DNA from: Octopus sinensis
Lineage: Eukaryota
DNA: 64,000 nt
Assembly (NCBI RefSeq): GCF_006345805.1
Contig: NC_043012.1
Location: 37,386,001 to 37,450,000 of the forward strand
Reading direction: 5' to 3'
A program made the translations under genes and the position numbers. Below the pieces are notes generated by a model. It saw nothing but the letters and a program-made list of their open reading frames with translations. It did not search any database and was not told the origin of the DNA. Below, one piece after another: positions 29,008 to 41,266 of this stretch. Each line of letters opens with the position of its first letter. The stretch's first letter is position 1.

Positions 29008-29232
29008 CATAGACATATATATGTATATATATACATATATACATATATACACATGTATGTATGTATGCATGCATATATATGTGTATGTATATATATATAT
29101 ATATATATATTCATGTATGTATATATACAAATATATATGCATTTATATATTATGTAGTATTATATATATATGTGTATGTATATATATTATGTGTGTATAT
29201 ATATATATATATGTGTTATATATATGTATATA

Positions 29233-29310
<78 letters not shown>

Positions 29311-29714
29311 AATATGTATATATATGTATGCATGTACATAAGAATATGTATATATATATATATATATGTATTTATATATATATGTATGTATATATACATA
29401 TGTATATAGATGTATATATATATGTATAAAAATCATCATTTAATGTGTATGTTTCTTTGTTTCAGACACCCACACCCACCCACCCACACACACAGACACA
29501 TTAAGCACACAACTGTTAATGTACCAATAGATATAAAGAATAATCTACCGTTACCACAAATCTCACAGCAGGTGTTACAGAGGAATATCATTTCTGCCAA
29601 AATAGCAATTTCTTCATAAAATGCATTGAATATTCAATGAATTACATTTATCTTTAACATAATTTCATCTTGTGACAAGTGAAATGGTCGCCACATTCAT
29701 ATCTAGAAACCAGG

Positions 29715-30125
29715 AAGGTTTTTAGAGATCTAGAATTTCTGGGAAGTTTCTGTAGACTCTGACAGATTCCTAGAGATCCCAATGGATTCCTGAAGATTGG
29801 TAGATTCCTAGGTATCCTCATAGATTTCTAGGGCCCTAGTAGACTCCTAAATTTTTTGAAAGATTTCTAAAAGTTTTAGAAAATTTCTAGTGATCTTGGT
29901 AGGTCTCTAGAAATATTGGTAAATTTCTAAAGATTTTGGAAGATTACTAGAGATTCAAGTAAATTCCTGGAGATTTAGGTAGATTTCTAGAAATCTTAGT
30001 ACATTTCTTAAGATCTCAATAAATTTCTAGTGATCTTAGTAGATTTCTAGAGATCCCATTAAATTTCTAGAGATCCTGTTAGATTTCTAGATATTCTAGG
30101 AAATTCCCAGAGATCCATGTAGATT
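29715..30125. repeat. Degenerate ~20-bp minisatellite (gatttctagagatc...)
   Basis: Recurrent atttctag(a/t)gatc units. Confidence 0.75.
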
Positions 30126-30321
30126 GTTGTAAACCAAATTGAGTCTGATTGTTATGAAGCTTAAGAAATTATGCTTTATGATATAAAAACCAATGAGTTC
30201 TATAAGAGGTTTGTTCTCGCAGCCTTGCATGAAATTTGTTCTTCTATATTTTGTGAAGTAATGTACCAAAGTTGGTGGTGAGAAACTGCACACAGACTGA
30301 ATTGAGACCAGTAGGATAACA

Positions 30322-30712
30322 CCATAGTTCTCAATCAGGGTCTGTTTAAGCTTTTTGGGGGGTCCATGCTAGCAAAATTATAAATTGGGGACCCACAGTA
30401 ATATTTTAAGGGTCCATGAAAAAAAAAGTTTGCTTTAGATGTATTTGTTGCAAGAAAGAGCAGGATTTCTTTTGATAATGTTTTACATAGTTTAACGTGT
30501 TTCTGGCCACTGAAACAAGGGTTCTCTCAGAGGGTTCAATTGCAAACCTTTATAAATGAAAGTCAGGGTGGGGGGTGGGTGTGTGTAAGAATGGAGTTTT
30601 GAAAGAAGAATCTATAACACTAGCTTTTAAACACTGAATGGCTATGGGGACCCACCAGAATAAAATAGTAATCAAAGGGGTCCACAGGTAAAAATAATGG
30701 TTGAGAAACCCC
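30322..30712. mobile_element. hAT-like MITE remnant
   Basis: Ends catagttctcaatcagggt ... ggttgagaaaccc resemble CAGTGGTTCTCAACC-type hAT termini; internal ggggtcca repeats. Confidence 0.45.
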
Positions 30713-31745
30713 GGTGATAACTGGTAAGAAACTTTGAGATAATTTGCCATTTTTATCTCTGTGGTGTGTGCCTGGCTAAAGAATAAGTCTATAGAGTTGC
30801 TTCATGGTGTAGGGAGCAGGCGACTGGCAACAGCAAGTGCAACCAGGTGTAAAACACTGCCTTGGAAAAACTCTTGCTATTATGACTAAGTCCATCTTGA
30901 GCTTATTAGGCCAGGGCATATTTATGTGTCTATGATGTCTGAGTGGCTGAGTACACATGGCTTGTCTCCTCCTTGAATGGGATGCCAGTTGACCCACAGG
31001 GATAACTTCCTCAGATGGCGCTGGTGATCATTTTCGTAGTTGTGTGGGTTTAAGTAACATGAACTGAAGTTCTTGCTCAAAGGTCTCTGGTTCAGAATCA
31101 AACCCATGAGTTCCTGATCATGAGACCAATGCCCTAACCACAATGCTGTTTCTCCAAGTACCTTCACCAGCCCAGAAAAGCAGAGAGAAGACAAAAATAG
31201 TTATGGATTCTTTGGTATACTTTGTTCATTCTTCTCTTAAAAACGTAAACTAACTTCTCTGCAAATGAGACTCCGCATGTCCTATTTTAGAATTTAAAAT
31301 AATTCTTTATTTCTATAAAGAAACAAGGGATTAATTATTATATATTTTGTGGTATTTTAGATTAATTAATAGAAAAAGAAGGAATGGTAAATTCTGTGTT
31401 TGTCATTGAATAGAATTGGACCTTCATACCAAAGTTGAACTAATTTATAATTGTATTACCATTTCTAAAGGATTAAAGAAAGTAGGAACAAAGTTATTAA
31501 TCTGTCAAGAATGGAATGAAACATTGTTTTTTTTTTTTTTGAGATTTCAGACAAATCAAACGAGAACAAACTAGAAGATTCTAAAGAGTCAACAGAAAAT
31601 ATTTGTAAATCAAGGCAACAGAGAGTGGCGACACACTGTGGTGATGGAGGGCAATGACCAAGGGGGAGATAATTTGTGAGAGCCACTTGTTTTGTCACAA
31701 AGATTATTGTTGCAAGTGCAAAGTGAAAGAAATACAGCATTAATG

Positions 31746-31776
<31 letters not shown>

Positions 31777-32906
31777 GAATTACTACTAATGCTTCAGCAA
31801 CAACAACAGCAACATTAATTATTTTGATAATTATCGTTATGTCAGAGAGTCATCAGGTTGTAGCCACAGAGGACTACTTTGGTTATCTCCCTTTATTCAC
31901 TGGAGATTTTTGCTTATTTTTTGTCTATTCAAAACCGTTTAAAAAATTATCCAATTGGGTTTTGTTTTCTAAGTTTTTGGAGAAAACAGGGCAATGACCT
32001 TTGTACATGGCCATCCTGTCAATTTGGAAGGGTTAAAGGGCATTGTTTTTTTTTTTCGTGGAATGTGAAAAGCTGGAGGCTAGTTTTTGGTAGAAAAAGA
32101 GATGGTTCTTGGAATGAAAGATTTCTGGTCAAATTTGATGCTGAGCCAAGCAAAAGAGGAATGAAACGTTGGCAGTTTGAAATAAAGATGTTGGAGAAGA
32201 CCAGGTCTTAAGGAGTAAATTCCAAAATAGGCAAAGGAGAACAAGTGCAGGAAAGAGAATAGGAGAGAGAGAGAGAGAAGGAAAAAAGACAGAAGGAGGT
32301 CTGCAGGAAAAGGGAGCAAGGATTTTTGTTCCTTCTTCTTTAATTCTTTCAAAACTTTCTTTTGTGTTCCAAAATTAGAGATCCGTTACCAGATTCGTTA
32401 TTTCCATCGGACCTTTTGGCCAACTCTGCGTTTCAAGTTTGTTGATATTTCAGAAAAGAAATTAATATTTTCCACCATATTTTAGAGGCAGAAAGGCCTG
32501 AAATTTTTAGGGAAGGGACTATTCAGTTACATCAACCCCATTGTATAACTGGTATTTATTGTATTGGACCCAAAAGGACAAAAAGCAAAATTGACCGCAG
32601 CGGAATTTGAACTTGGAACGTGAATTATGGATGAAATGAAACTAAGCATTCTGTCCACTGTTCTAATGGTTCTGCCAGCTCACTGCCCTAATAACAATAA
32701 TATGGGGAAGGTGAAGAGTTGATTACATCAATCACAGTGTTCAACTGGTACTTAATTTGTTGACCTTGGAGGGATGAGAGGCAAAGTCGACCCCAATGGA
32801 ATTTGAACTCAGAACGTAAAGATGGACAAAATGCAACTAAGCCTTTTGCCCAGCATGCTAACAATTCTGCCAGTTTGCCACTTTAATAATAATAATAATA
32901 ATAATA

Positions 32907-32948
<42 letters not shown>

Positions 32949-32949
32949 A

Positions 32950-33500
32950 TGCCCTGTTGCAGTACCAGGCAGTGTCTCTCATTGCTTCTGACCATAACAG
33001 ATTGAAAGTTTTTATCATATACCTTGTTTTGTCTTGGGCTACAGCAAATATTCTGCTCAGTACCAAAGATTTGCTTGTCAGTTGTTTGACCTTAACCAGT
33101 TGAGCATGTCCCTTGGTGGTTGACAATATGTGCATCTCTGATCACGAGCAGAAGTAGTGGGGGAGCATCATAGCTATGTGTTGAGAGGGATTCTTTGGGG
33201 TTTGAATAATTCACCTCAGGAAACATGGGTGTTTTGTTCAACATCCTTAAATAACCCTTATTCACGGACCTTTTGTGCAGGATGGGCTACTTGACCTGAA
33301 GAAAATTCTAACTGGACCCCACCTGCAGGGTCATCTGCTGTTTATCTTGATATAAGATCACTATGTTGCACATATATGGTTGTGATGCATGTGCCTGGTG
33401 TACCCTTATCAGACGGGTAGTCATGGTGGGTATACTGGGCTTCGTATATTTTACCCCAGTGTCACTTTGATGGCATGCACTGCTCTCTCACTCAATGATA
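32950..33500 (+). mobile_element. Interspersed repeat ending in (AAT)n (LINE 3'-UTR-like); second copy on the minus strand at 45415-45655
   Basis: gggctacagcaaatattctgctca...gatttgcttgtcagttgtttgaccttaacca...catctctgatca shared between the two loci. Confidence 0.7.
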
Positions 33501-33902
33501 ATAATAATGATGATGGTGATAATAATAATAATAATAATAATAGTGATAGTAATAATAGTAGTAATGATAATAATAATGTGTTTCTAATTTACGCACAGAG
33601 CCAGCAATTTTGTTGGGGGGTGTAATTAGTTAATTAATTATATTGTTATGGAATCAGAAAGGATGAAAGGCAAAGTTGACCATGGAAGGATTTGAACTCA
33701 AAATACAAAGAAATGGAAACACAGATGCTCTACTGATTCAATTCTGCATATTTCTATTCTCCGTGTTTCTTCCCCCACTCACTTTCTCTCTCCTCCTCCT
33801 CCTTTTCTGCCTCTTCATCTCATTTTTCCTCTTCTTTTTCTTCTTCATCATTATCATCCTCATCGTCTCCTCTATTACCCTCGTTATCATCATTAAACAA
33901 CC

Positions 33903-33908
33903 TTTATT
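33903..33908 (-). terminator. Candidate polyadenylation signal (AATAAA) for RFX6
   Basis: An AATAAA on the minus strand ~530 nt past the stop codon; motif only, no transcript support. Confidence 0.2.
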
Positions 33909-34115
33909 TCTCCTCCGCATCATCGTCCTTGTTGTCCTCTTTCTGCGCTAAACCACTATGACATTTTTGGGTCATTGATTGACGAGGAAAACTCAGTTGT
34001 GAATATTTCGTGCATTGTGTCTTCCTCGGAATTTCCCGTCTCTAAAGTTTGTGTCTAGTTTTCCGTTTGCTCTGCTTTCATCTAACTTTTCCTCCTTGTG
34101 TTCTTTCTGCTCAAT

Positions 34116-34198
<83 letters not shown>

Positions 34199-34247
34199 GA
34201 TACATATATATATATATACATATATATATACATATATATATACATAT

Positions 34248-34310
<63 letters not shown>

Positions 34311-34440
34311 ATGTATGTATGTATGTATATTCGTATGTATGTAGAGCATGCTTGATGCACTTTGTGGTATGTGTAAGCGCATGACAGTATCTGTGTGTGT
34401 GTGTGTGTGTGAGTGAGCATAGCAGTATGATCCTCAATAT

Positions 34441-34589
34441 TTAACTTAGGAAAACAGAATTGATGGGTGGAAGAGGTGTCCCCGTGTCAGTGTTGTATGT
34501 GGGGATCAGATCAGGGTCACTGTTCAACATGCTGGTCATGGTCATACTGAGAAACTCATCGTTGCCCAGGCTCTCCGTGTTCTGTACCA
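34441..34589 (-). CDS. RFX6: RFX6-like terminal coding exon with stop codon
   Basis: cttttttctctttgcag acceptor, phase 1. Encodes (V)VQNTESLGNDEFLSMTMTSMLNSDPDLIPTYNTDTGTPLPPINSVFLS* (TAA at 34443-34441); LPPIN(S/T)VF is the RFX6 C-terminal motif. Confidence 0.9.
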
Positions 34590-34621
34590 CTGCAAAGAGA
34601 AAAAAGAAGAACATGAATAGT

Positions 34622-35378
34622 CTTTTCTATTCTAGGCACAAAGCCTGGAATTTTTGGGGAGTGGGTGGAGAGTCAAATTAGCATTATCAACAGAAAATCC
34701 CCCTCAAATTCAATAAACTAAAACCTCTCCAATATAAGGAACAACAGAAACCAAATTAGTAATTACTGTAGCCCCTCAAACTGGTACTTAATTTATCGAC
34801 CCCAATAGGATGAAAGGCAAAGTCGACCTTGGCAGAATTTGAACTCAGAACGTAAAGACAGACGAAATGCTGCTAAGCATTTCGCCCAGCATGGCAAGAA
34901 TTCTGCCAGCTGGCCGTCTCAAAATAGCACCAAATATTCTTTTCTATTCTAGGGACAAGGCCTGAAAATTTTTTTGGCAGGGCAGTCAATTAGATTGATC
35001 GCAGTGCACAACTGGTACATAATTTATCGACCCCGAAAGGATGAAAGGCAAAGTTGACTTTGGCAGAATTTGAACTCAGAATTTGAAATAACACTAAGCA
35101 TTTCACCCAACATACTAACAATTCTACCAGCTTGCCACCTCAAAATAGCACCAAATATTCTTTTCTACTCTAGGCACAAGGACCCAAAATTTTGTGGAGT
35201 GGGCGGGGAGTCAATTCGATCAATGCAGTGTGCAACTGGTACTTAATTTATCGACCCCCCGAAAAGATAAAAGGTAAAGTCTATTTTGGTGGAATTTGAA
35301 CTCAGATTGTAAAGACAGACGAAATACGCTAAGCATTTCGCCTGGCGTGCTAACGATTCTGCCAGCTTACCATCTTGG
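34622..35378 (-). mobile_element. Tandem array of 3-4 SINE family A copies next to the last RFX6 exon acceptor
   Basis: Repeated aactggtacttaatttatcgacccc...ggatgaaaggcaaag...tttgaactcagaa; the spacer caaaatagcaccaaatattcttttcta occurs twice. Confidence 0.85.
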
Positions 35379-35945
35379 AAAGAACATGAATATTATTACC
35401 AAATGTGACTTATACAAAACAAGAGGATTTAAGAATCATAAAATAAGGCTTCTGTTAGCAAGTGGAGAAGTTTAAGTATTTATGGGCTGAACTCACAGGT
35501 GATGGGAGGCTGACCTGAATGCTAAAATTGCTGGTTCTGGCACAATAGTGTGCCACAGCCAGCATTTGGTCCTCAAAAGAGGATTTGGTATTGTTATGAG
35601 TAGATTTGGCTGAAGAGAATCAAGTGCCTTTGGTGCTAAATTCAAAATCCTGACACCTGGTTCACTAGCATTCCTTCTTGCAATTTTGCACAGGTAAGAC
35701 ACAATCCTTATTCACTTAGTTTTTTAACAACCATGCCCGTAAAAATTTAGTGTTAATTCTTGTGGCTTTGGAGTATTTTTTGACTCCTATTTTTAGCAAA
35801 GCTGGTGCTTCTTATTTTATATGATTTTTATATATATCTGTTGATTTTCGCCAACATGGTTTTGAGCTTGCAGCCACTAACATTGTTGTCTCCCATGAGT
35901 AAGGTAATAATGTTCTTATATACACACAAGCACACACACACACAA

Positions 35946-36030
<85 letters not shown>

Positions 36031-36440
36031 CTTTATATGTAAAGACATCTGTTTTTACATATAAAAACATATTAAAAAAATCTAAGTTACAACTGTGATG
36101 TTGTTGGTAAAACATATTCTTTGCCTATCTACTTATCCTCTTTGTGGTTTTGGATAAAAAGAAAATTATAAAAATGAGTCCTTCAAATTTAACTAAATTC
36201 TATATTTTTAAGCAGCTGAAGATTGCTCTACATTTTAAATTGATGTAATGTTTGCATTGTTCAATTAAATGGAGTTGCATGAAACGATCGTACTGCATTA
36301 CTTCTGGATATCCTTGTTGCTTATTTTGATTATAATCACCCCATTTTGAATTATATGCATAATACCATACCAAATTCTGGTGCCTTAACTTTAGTACCAT
36401 ATTCATCTGAATCTAAATTTTTACTGAACTTATCTATATA

Positions 36441-36479
<39 letters not shown>

Positions 36480-36547
36480 TATTAGATATTATTTATATAT
36501 ATGTATACACACACATATACATGTATGTATAATATATTATATATATA

Positions 36548-36602
<55 letters not shown>

Positions 36603-36669
36603 ATATATATATATAATATTGTTGGCATCTTTTTGTCTTGGGACATGGAGTTGCGCATAAAGTAGTCTA

Positions 36670-37097
36670 GTCGGCTTTTACATTTCATGTCCTGATACAT
36701 TTCCTGCTGTGGCTGTGTAGTCCTATCCTGGACAAACACTCCCTCTGGCAGGTACCGCAAATGTAGCGAAGACTGTTCCTGGCTGGTTGTAGTGCCATAG
36801 TTTCTTGTTGACGTCTTTTCTTGTCTTTCCATTTCTCCTCTCTCTCTCTCTGTCACTCCTTTGTATTTCCTCTTTTACGGTACGTCGCCAATCTCCACGG
36901 TTGCCAGCAACTGCCTCCCAACCGCTAATATTGATGTTGCAGGCCTTCATGTCCCTTTTGCAAACATCCTTGTAACGTAAGAACGGTCTACCCACAAACC
37001 TAGTACCTCTAGCAAGCTCTCCGCAGAGTATGTCCTTGGGGATTCTGCCATATTTCGTACGGCTATATATATTTCTGACATTGATACAAGACCACAC
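36670..37097 (-). mobile_element. RTE-clade LINE ORF C-terminal fragment
   Basis: GRIPKDILCGELARGTRFVGRPFLRYKDVCKRDMKACNINISGWEAVAGNRGDWR matches the RTE C-terminal pattern (GRLPKDILYGEL...GRP.LRYKDVCKRD). Confidence 0.85.
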
Positions 37098-37394
37098 GCA
37101 TCTACGGCAGGAAGGTTATTATCGATTAACTCGACCTCAGTAATTGACTGATATTACCAATAAAAATCGACTCCGCCGAGATGAAAGGCGATGCTGACCT
37201 CAGCAAGGTTTGAACTCAGAACCTAAAGAGGCATAACCAAACACGCCAATGCATTTTCTCCAACGCTCTACCGATTCTACGAATCCACTGTCACGTCTTG
37301 ACATTAAATGCACTCAGATCATAAAATACAGAAAAATGGCCAAAAGCAGAGACATTGAGACACATAAATATTAGAGAAAGAGGAGAACGAAGCA

Positions 37395-38312
37395 CACACA
37401 CACCACACACACACACCACACACACACACACACACATACATACATACATACATCAACACATACATACAATACATTACATACAGAACATACTACATTACAC
37501 ACAACATACATACATACACACATACATACATACATGCATGCATACATACATACATCCAATACACACACACATACATCATACATACATACACACATACATA
37601 CATACATACATACACAACACATACATACATACCATACATACATTACATACCACACATACATACATACATGCATGCATACATACATACATACAACATACAT
37701 ACATGCATAAATACACATACACACACACATACATACATACATACATACACACATACATACATTAGAAACACACATACATACATACATGCATGCATACATA
37801 CATACATACATACATGCATACATACATACATACATACACACACATACATACATACATACATACATGCATACATACATACATACACACACACATACATACA
37901 TACATACATACATACATGCATACATACATACATACACACATACATACATACATACATACATACATACATACATACATACATACACACACACATACATACA
38001 TACATACATACACACATACATACATACATACACACATACATACATACATGCATGCATACATACATACATACATACATACACACACATACATACATACATA
38101 CATACATACATACATACATACATACATACATACATGCATACATACATACATACACACACATACCATACATACATACATACATACATACATACAACATACA
38201 TACATACATGCATACTACATACATACACACAACACATACATACATACATACATACATACATACATACATACATACATACATACACACACACATACATACA
38301 TACATACATACA
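37395..38312. repeat. ~0.9-kb (CATA)n/(CA)n microsatellite
   Basis: Direct inspection. Confidence 0.95.
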
Positions 38313-38634
38313 TATGAGCATCTGGTTCGACACCTCCGGCTTCTGTATCCAGATTACAAATTTACATTTGTACCAAAAATAACCGGGGTGCTTGGTTTTG
38401 GGATTAAATGCCGAATTGACTAATTAGCTTGCATTTCCGGAAAAGGAAATCAAACGAACTCACACATTACACATAGAATCTAGAAGTGGAACAGTGAAAA
38501 TCTGCAAGACTTTTCGCAAAACATTGTTTTTTTTTTTGTTATATGCATTTCAACGATAAAGCTTCGAATCGTTGTTAGAAACCAGCTCCTTCTTCAGGGA
38601 AGAATTTTAAATAATTAAAAACAGAAGAGAACGT

Positions 38635-38687
<53 letters not shown>

Positions 38688-38884
38688 ACACACACATACA
38701 CACACACACGCACGCACGCACGCGCACACGCACGCACGCGCACACGCACGCACGCGCACACGCACGCACGCGCGTCGTTAAAGGCACGAAATTATTATGG
38801 TTTTTGGACGATAACTGGTCAAAAAAGTGTATGTCCACTTCTTGTGTGATTTTCCCGTGTGTTCCTTTATCGTCCTTCTATCTG

Positions 38885-38937
<53 letters not shown>

Positions 38938-39184
38938 ATATCTATATATATATAGGCACACAAAGTATGAGGATTTAGTTCACAGGTAATCTAAACGATT
39001 AGGTACGCTAGGAAAGTGCTGTAACGGATTACTGGGGCCCCAAGGTTATATCCGGGACAGTGGTTACGGAGCCGCTGCAGATATCCGATGCAGCGGATAT
39101 ATAATTGTTAAAGAGGACAGCAAACATTAAGGTAATGCAAACATTTCAAGTCGTATACAATATTATTATTGGAAGAGATTAAAA

Positions 39185-39240
39185 ATCTTACAGCTATTTC
39201 TGGGATATCCCCGAGTATGGGATATTCCGTCATCATAGAC
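39185..39240 (-). ncRNA. Second hammerhead-like motif, opposite strand, core mutated
   Basis: Minus strand reads GTCT-ATGATGA-...-GAAA-TAGCTG-TA-AGAT: C3 replaced by A, and stem III C replaced by T, relative to the plus-strand copy. Confidence 0.5.
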
Positions 39241-39286
39241 AAAAAGGGATATACCATTCTCATTTTCCCTATTTTCCCCCCTATTT

Positions 39287-39342
39287 GTCTCTGATGACGG
39301 AATATCCCATACTCGGGGATATCTCAGAAACAGCTGTAAGAC
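39287..39342 (+). ncRNA. Minimal type I hammerhead-ribozyme-like motif (Penelope-like pLTR type), intact core
   Basis: GTCT (stem I) - CTGATGA - stem II (ATATCCC/GGGATAT) - GAAA-C-AGCT-G-TA (short stem III with palindromic loop) - AGAC (stem I). The base of stem II is imperfect. Confidence 0.6.
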
Positions 39343-39431
39343 TTTGAATTTCTTCCTATCATGATATTGTATACGACTTGAGATGCTTGCCTTGCCTTAA
39401 TGTTGCTGTCAATTACACACACACACAGACA

Positions 39432-39478
<47 letters not shown>

Positions 39479-39575
39479 ACACATACACACACACACATAC
39501 ACACACACACACACATGTTTGTATGTGTATATGAGTGTATACGTTTACAGGTGTGATAATATAGCGTTGTCATAC

Positions 39576-39803
39576 CTGGGTGTCTTGTATTGTGGCAAGT
39601 GACTGGAGAAGCGCTGGCATAGAGATGTGAGTTATCTTCTTTAGATCTGTACAAAGGTTTATCCAGGATATTGAGTGGGTCGTTAAGTTCTGTGGATGAA
39701 TAGTGTGACGTCACAGACCCTCGATGCTGGATAACGGGAACATGCTCAACCAACGGCTTACTTACTGGCTGGTGTTGGTTGTAGTTGGACGAACTGTAAT
39801 AAT
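39576..39803 (-). CDS. RFX6: RFX6-like penultimate coding exon
   Basis: ttcgcag acceptor and CAG|gtatga donor; 228 nt, phase 1 to 1. Encodes (D)YYSSSNYNQHQPVSKPLVEHVPVIQHRGSVTSHYSSTELNDPLNILDKPL...RHP; DPLNILD matches RFX6 HDPLNILDD. Confidence 0.9.
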
Positions 39804-40065
39804 CTGCGAATACAATCATCAACATTTATTAGATATTAGTCGAAACGGTTAAGGAATTAATGAAGGAGAGCGCCTCATGGCCCACAGGGACCAGATTGGG
39901 GTTACGTAGAGATGACTTACTTTTTATTAAACTTATTAGTGGAGGGGGGTGGAGGCTTCCTGTTAGAATGTTCCTGCAAGTTGGACTTGCAAAAAATTTT
40001 TTCTTGTATTAGAAACAGCAATCTCAAATTTTCGAATACCTTGTTTGGGCAATTTGAGAATTGCA

Positions 40066-40097
<32 letters not shown>

Positions 40098-40238
40098 CAC
40101 CACAACACACACACACACACACCACCACACACACACACATACACACACATACACACACACATACACACACACCACACATGTTTGTATGTGTATATGAGTG
40201 TATACGTTTACAGGTGTGATAATATAGCGTTGTCATAC

Positions 40239-40465
40239 CTGGTGTCTTGTATTGTGGCAAGTGACTGGAGAAGCGCGGGCATAGAGATGTGAGTTATCTT
40301 CTTTAGATCTGTACAAAGGTTTATCCAGGATATTGAGTGGGTCGTTAAGTTCTGTGGATGAATAGTGTGACGTCACAGACCCTCGATGCTGGATAACGGG
40401 AACATGCTCAACCAACGGCTTACTTACTGGCTGGTGTTGGTTGTAGTTGGACGAACTGTAATAAT
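40239..40465 (-). pseudogene. Duplicate copy of the penultimate RFX6 exon, one base short (frameshifting)
   Basis: Identical to 39576-39803 except AGC>CGC (Ser>Arg) and loss of one G from a GGG run just before the donor (227 vs 228 nt). Splice sites are intact. It could be an assembly artefact. Confidence 0.7.
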
Positions 40466-40722
40466 CTGCGAATACAATCATCAACATTTATTAGATATTA
40501 GTCGAAACGGTTAAGGAATTAATGGAGGAGAAGCGCTTCATGGCCCACAGGGACCAGATTGGGGTTACGTAGAGATGACTTACTTTTTATTAAACTTAGT
40601 GGAGGGGGGTGGAGGCTTCCTGTTAGAATGTTCCTGCAAGTTGGACTTGCAAAAAATTTTTCTTGTATTAGAAACAGCAATCTCAAATTTTCGAATACCT
40701 TGTTTGGGCAATTTGAGAATTG

Positions 40723-40763
<41 letters not shown>

Positions 40764-40942
40764 ACACACACACACACACACACGCACACACACACACACA
40801 AAACGATGGTAATCGTGCATTATTTTTAAAATGTTCGTGCACACTAGAACCTGAATGGCATTTGCTGTGAGACATTGTTTCCCCACAGTGCTTGGAAAAT
40901 AAATTGAGGAATTTTGATGAAAGGTTTTAGTTTGGATCACTG

Positions 40943-41173
40943 TAACCCTTTTGTTACCATATTCCTGTTGAAGAACACTGTCTTTGTTTCGATTAATTCA
41001 AAAAGTAAGGAAGAATTTTGTCAAATGACTTTTGCCGTTATTAATCTGGTGCTCGGGAACAGAAACCAACAGGAAATTTTGACGAAAGGTTTCAGCTTCG
41101 ATAATTTAAAAACAGGAAGTTTATATCAAAGAACCAGGAATGGTTTCCGATGGATTGGGATCAAAAAGGGTAA
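40943..41173. mobile_element. piggyBac-like MITE in an RFX6 intron
   Basis: Termini taacccttttgtt...aaaaagggtaa; the start also resembles 23545-23562. Confidence 0.5.
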
Positions 41174-41266
41174 CCTGGAAGAATCATTGGCGGAGATGGG
41201 GCGGGGGTCAATTCTCAAGTATTTAAAATGGATTTGGCGATAGATAAATATAAAGCATATGCTTAC

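Larger units (their letters stand above)
39116..39410. repeat. Long inverted repeat, ~128-bp arms (39116-39243 / 39284-39410) with 40-bp spacer
   Basis: The arms align end to end as reverse complements, e.g. caagtcgtatacaata ... tattgtatacgacttg and gggatatccccgagtatgggatattccgtcatca ... tgatgacggaatatcccatactcggggatat. Confidence 0.92.
39413..40800. repeat. Tandem duplication of a ~660-bp unit containing an RFX6 exon, bounded by three (CA)n tracts
   Basis: Copies are offset by 662 bp at the exon acceptor; differences are mostly homopolymer indels. Confidence 0.92.

Noticed and set aside
29715-30125. Regularly recurring ~20-bp units as a possible CRISPR-like array
   Set aside because: Degenerate units without unique spacers, in a eukaryotic context with no cas genes; an ordinary minisatellite.
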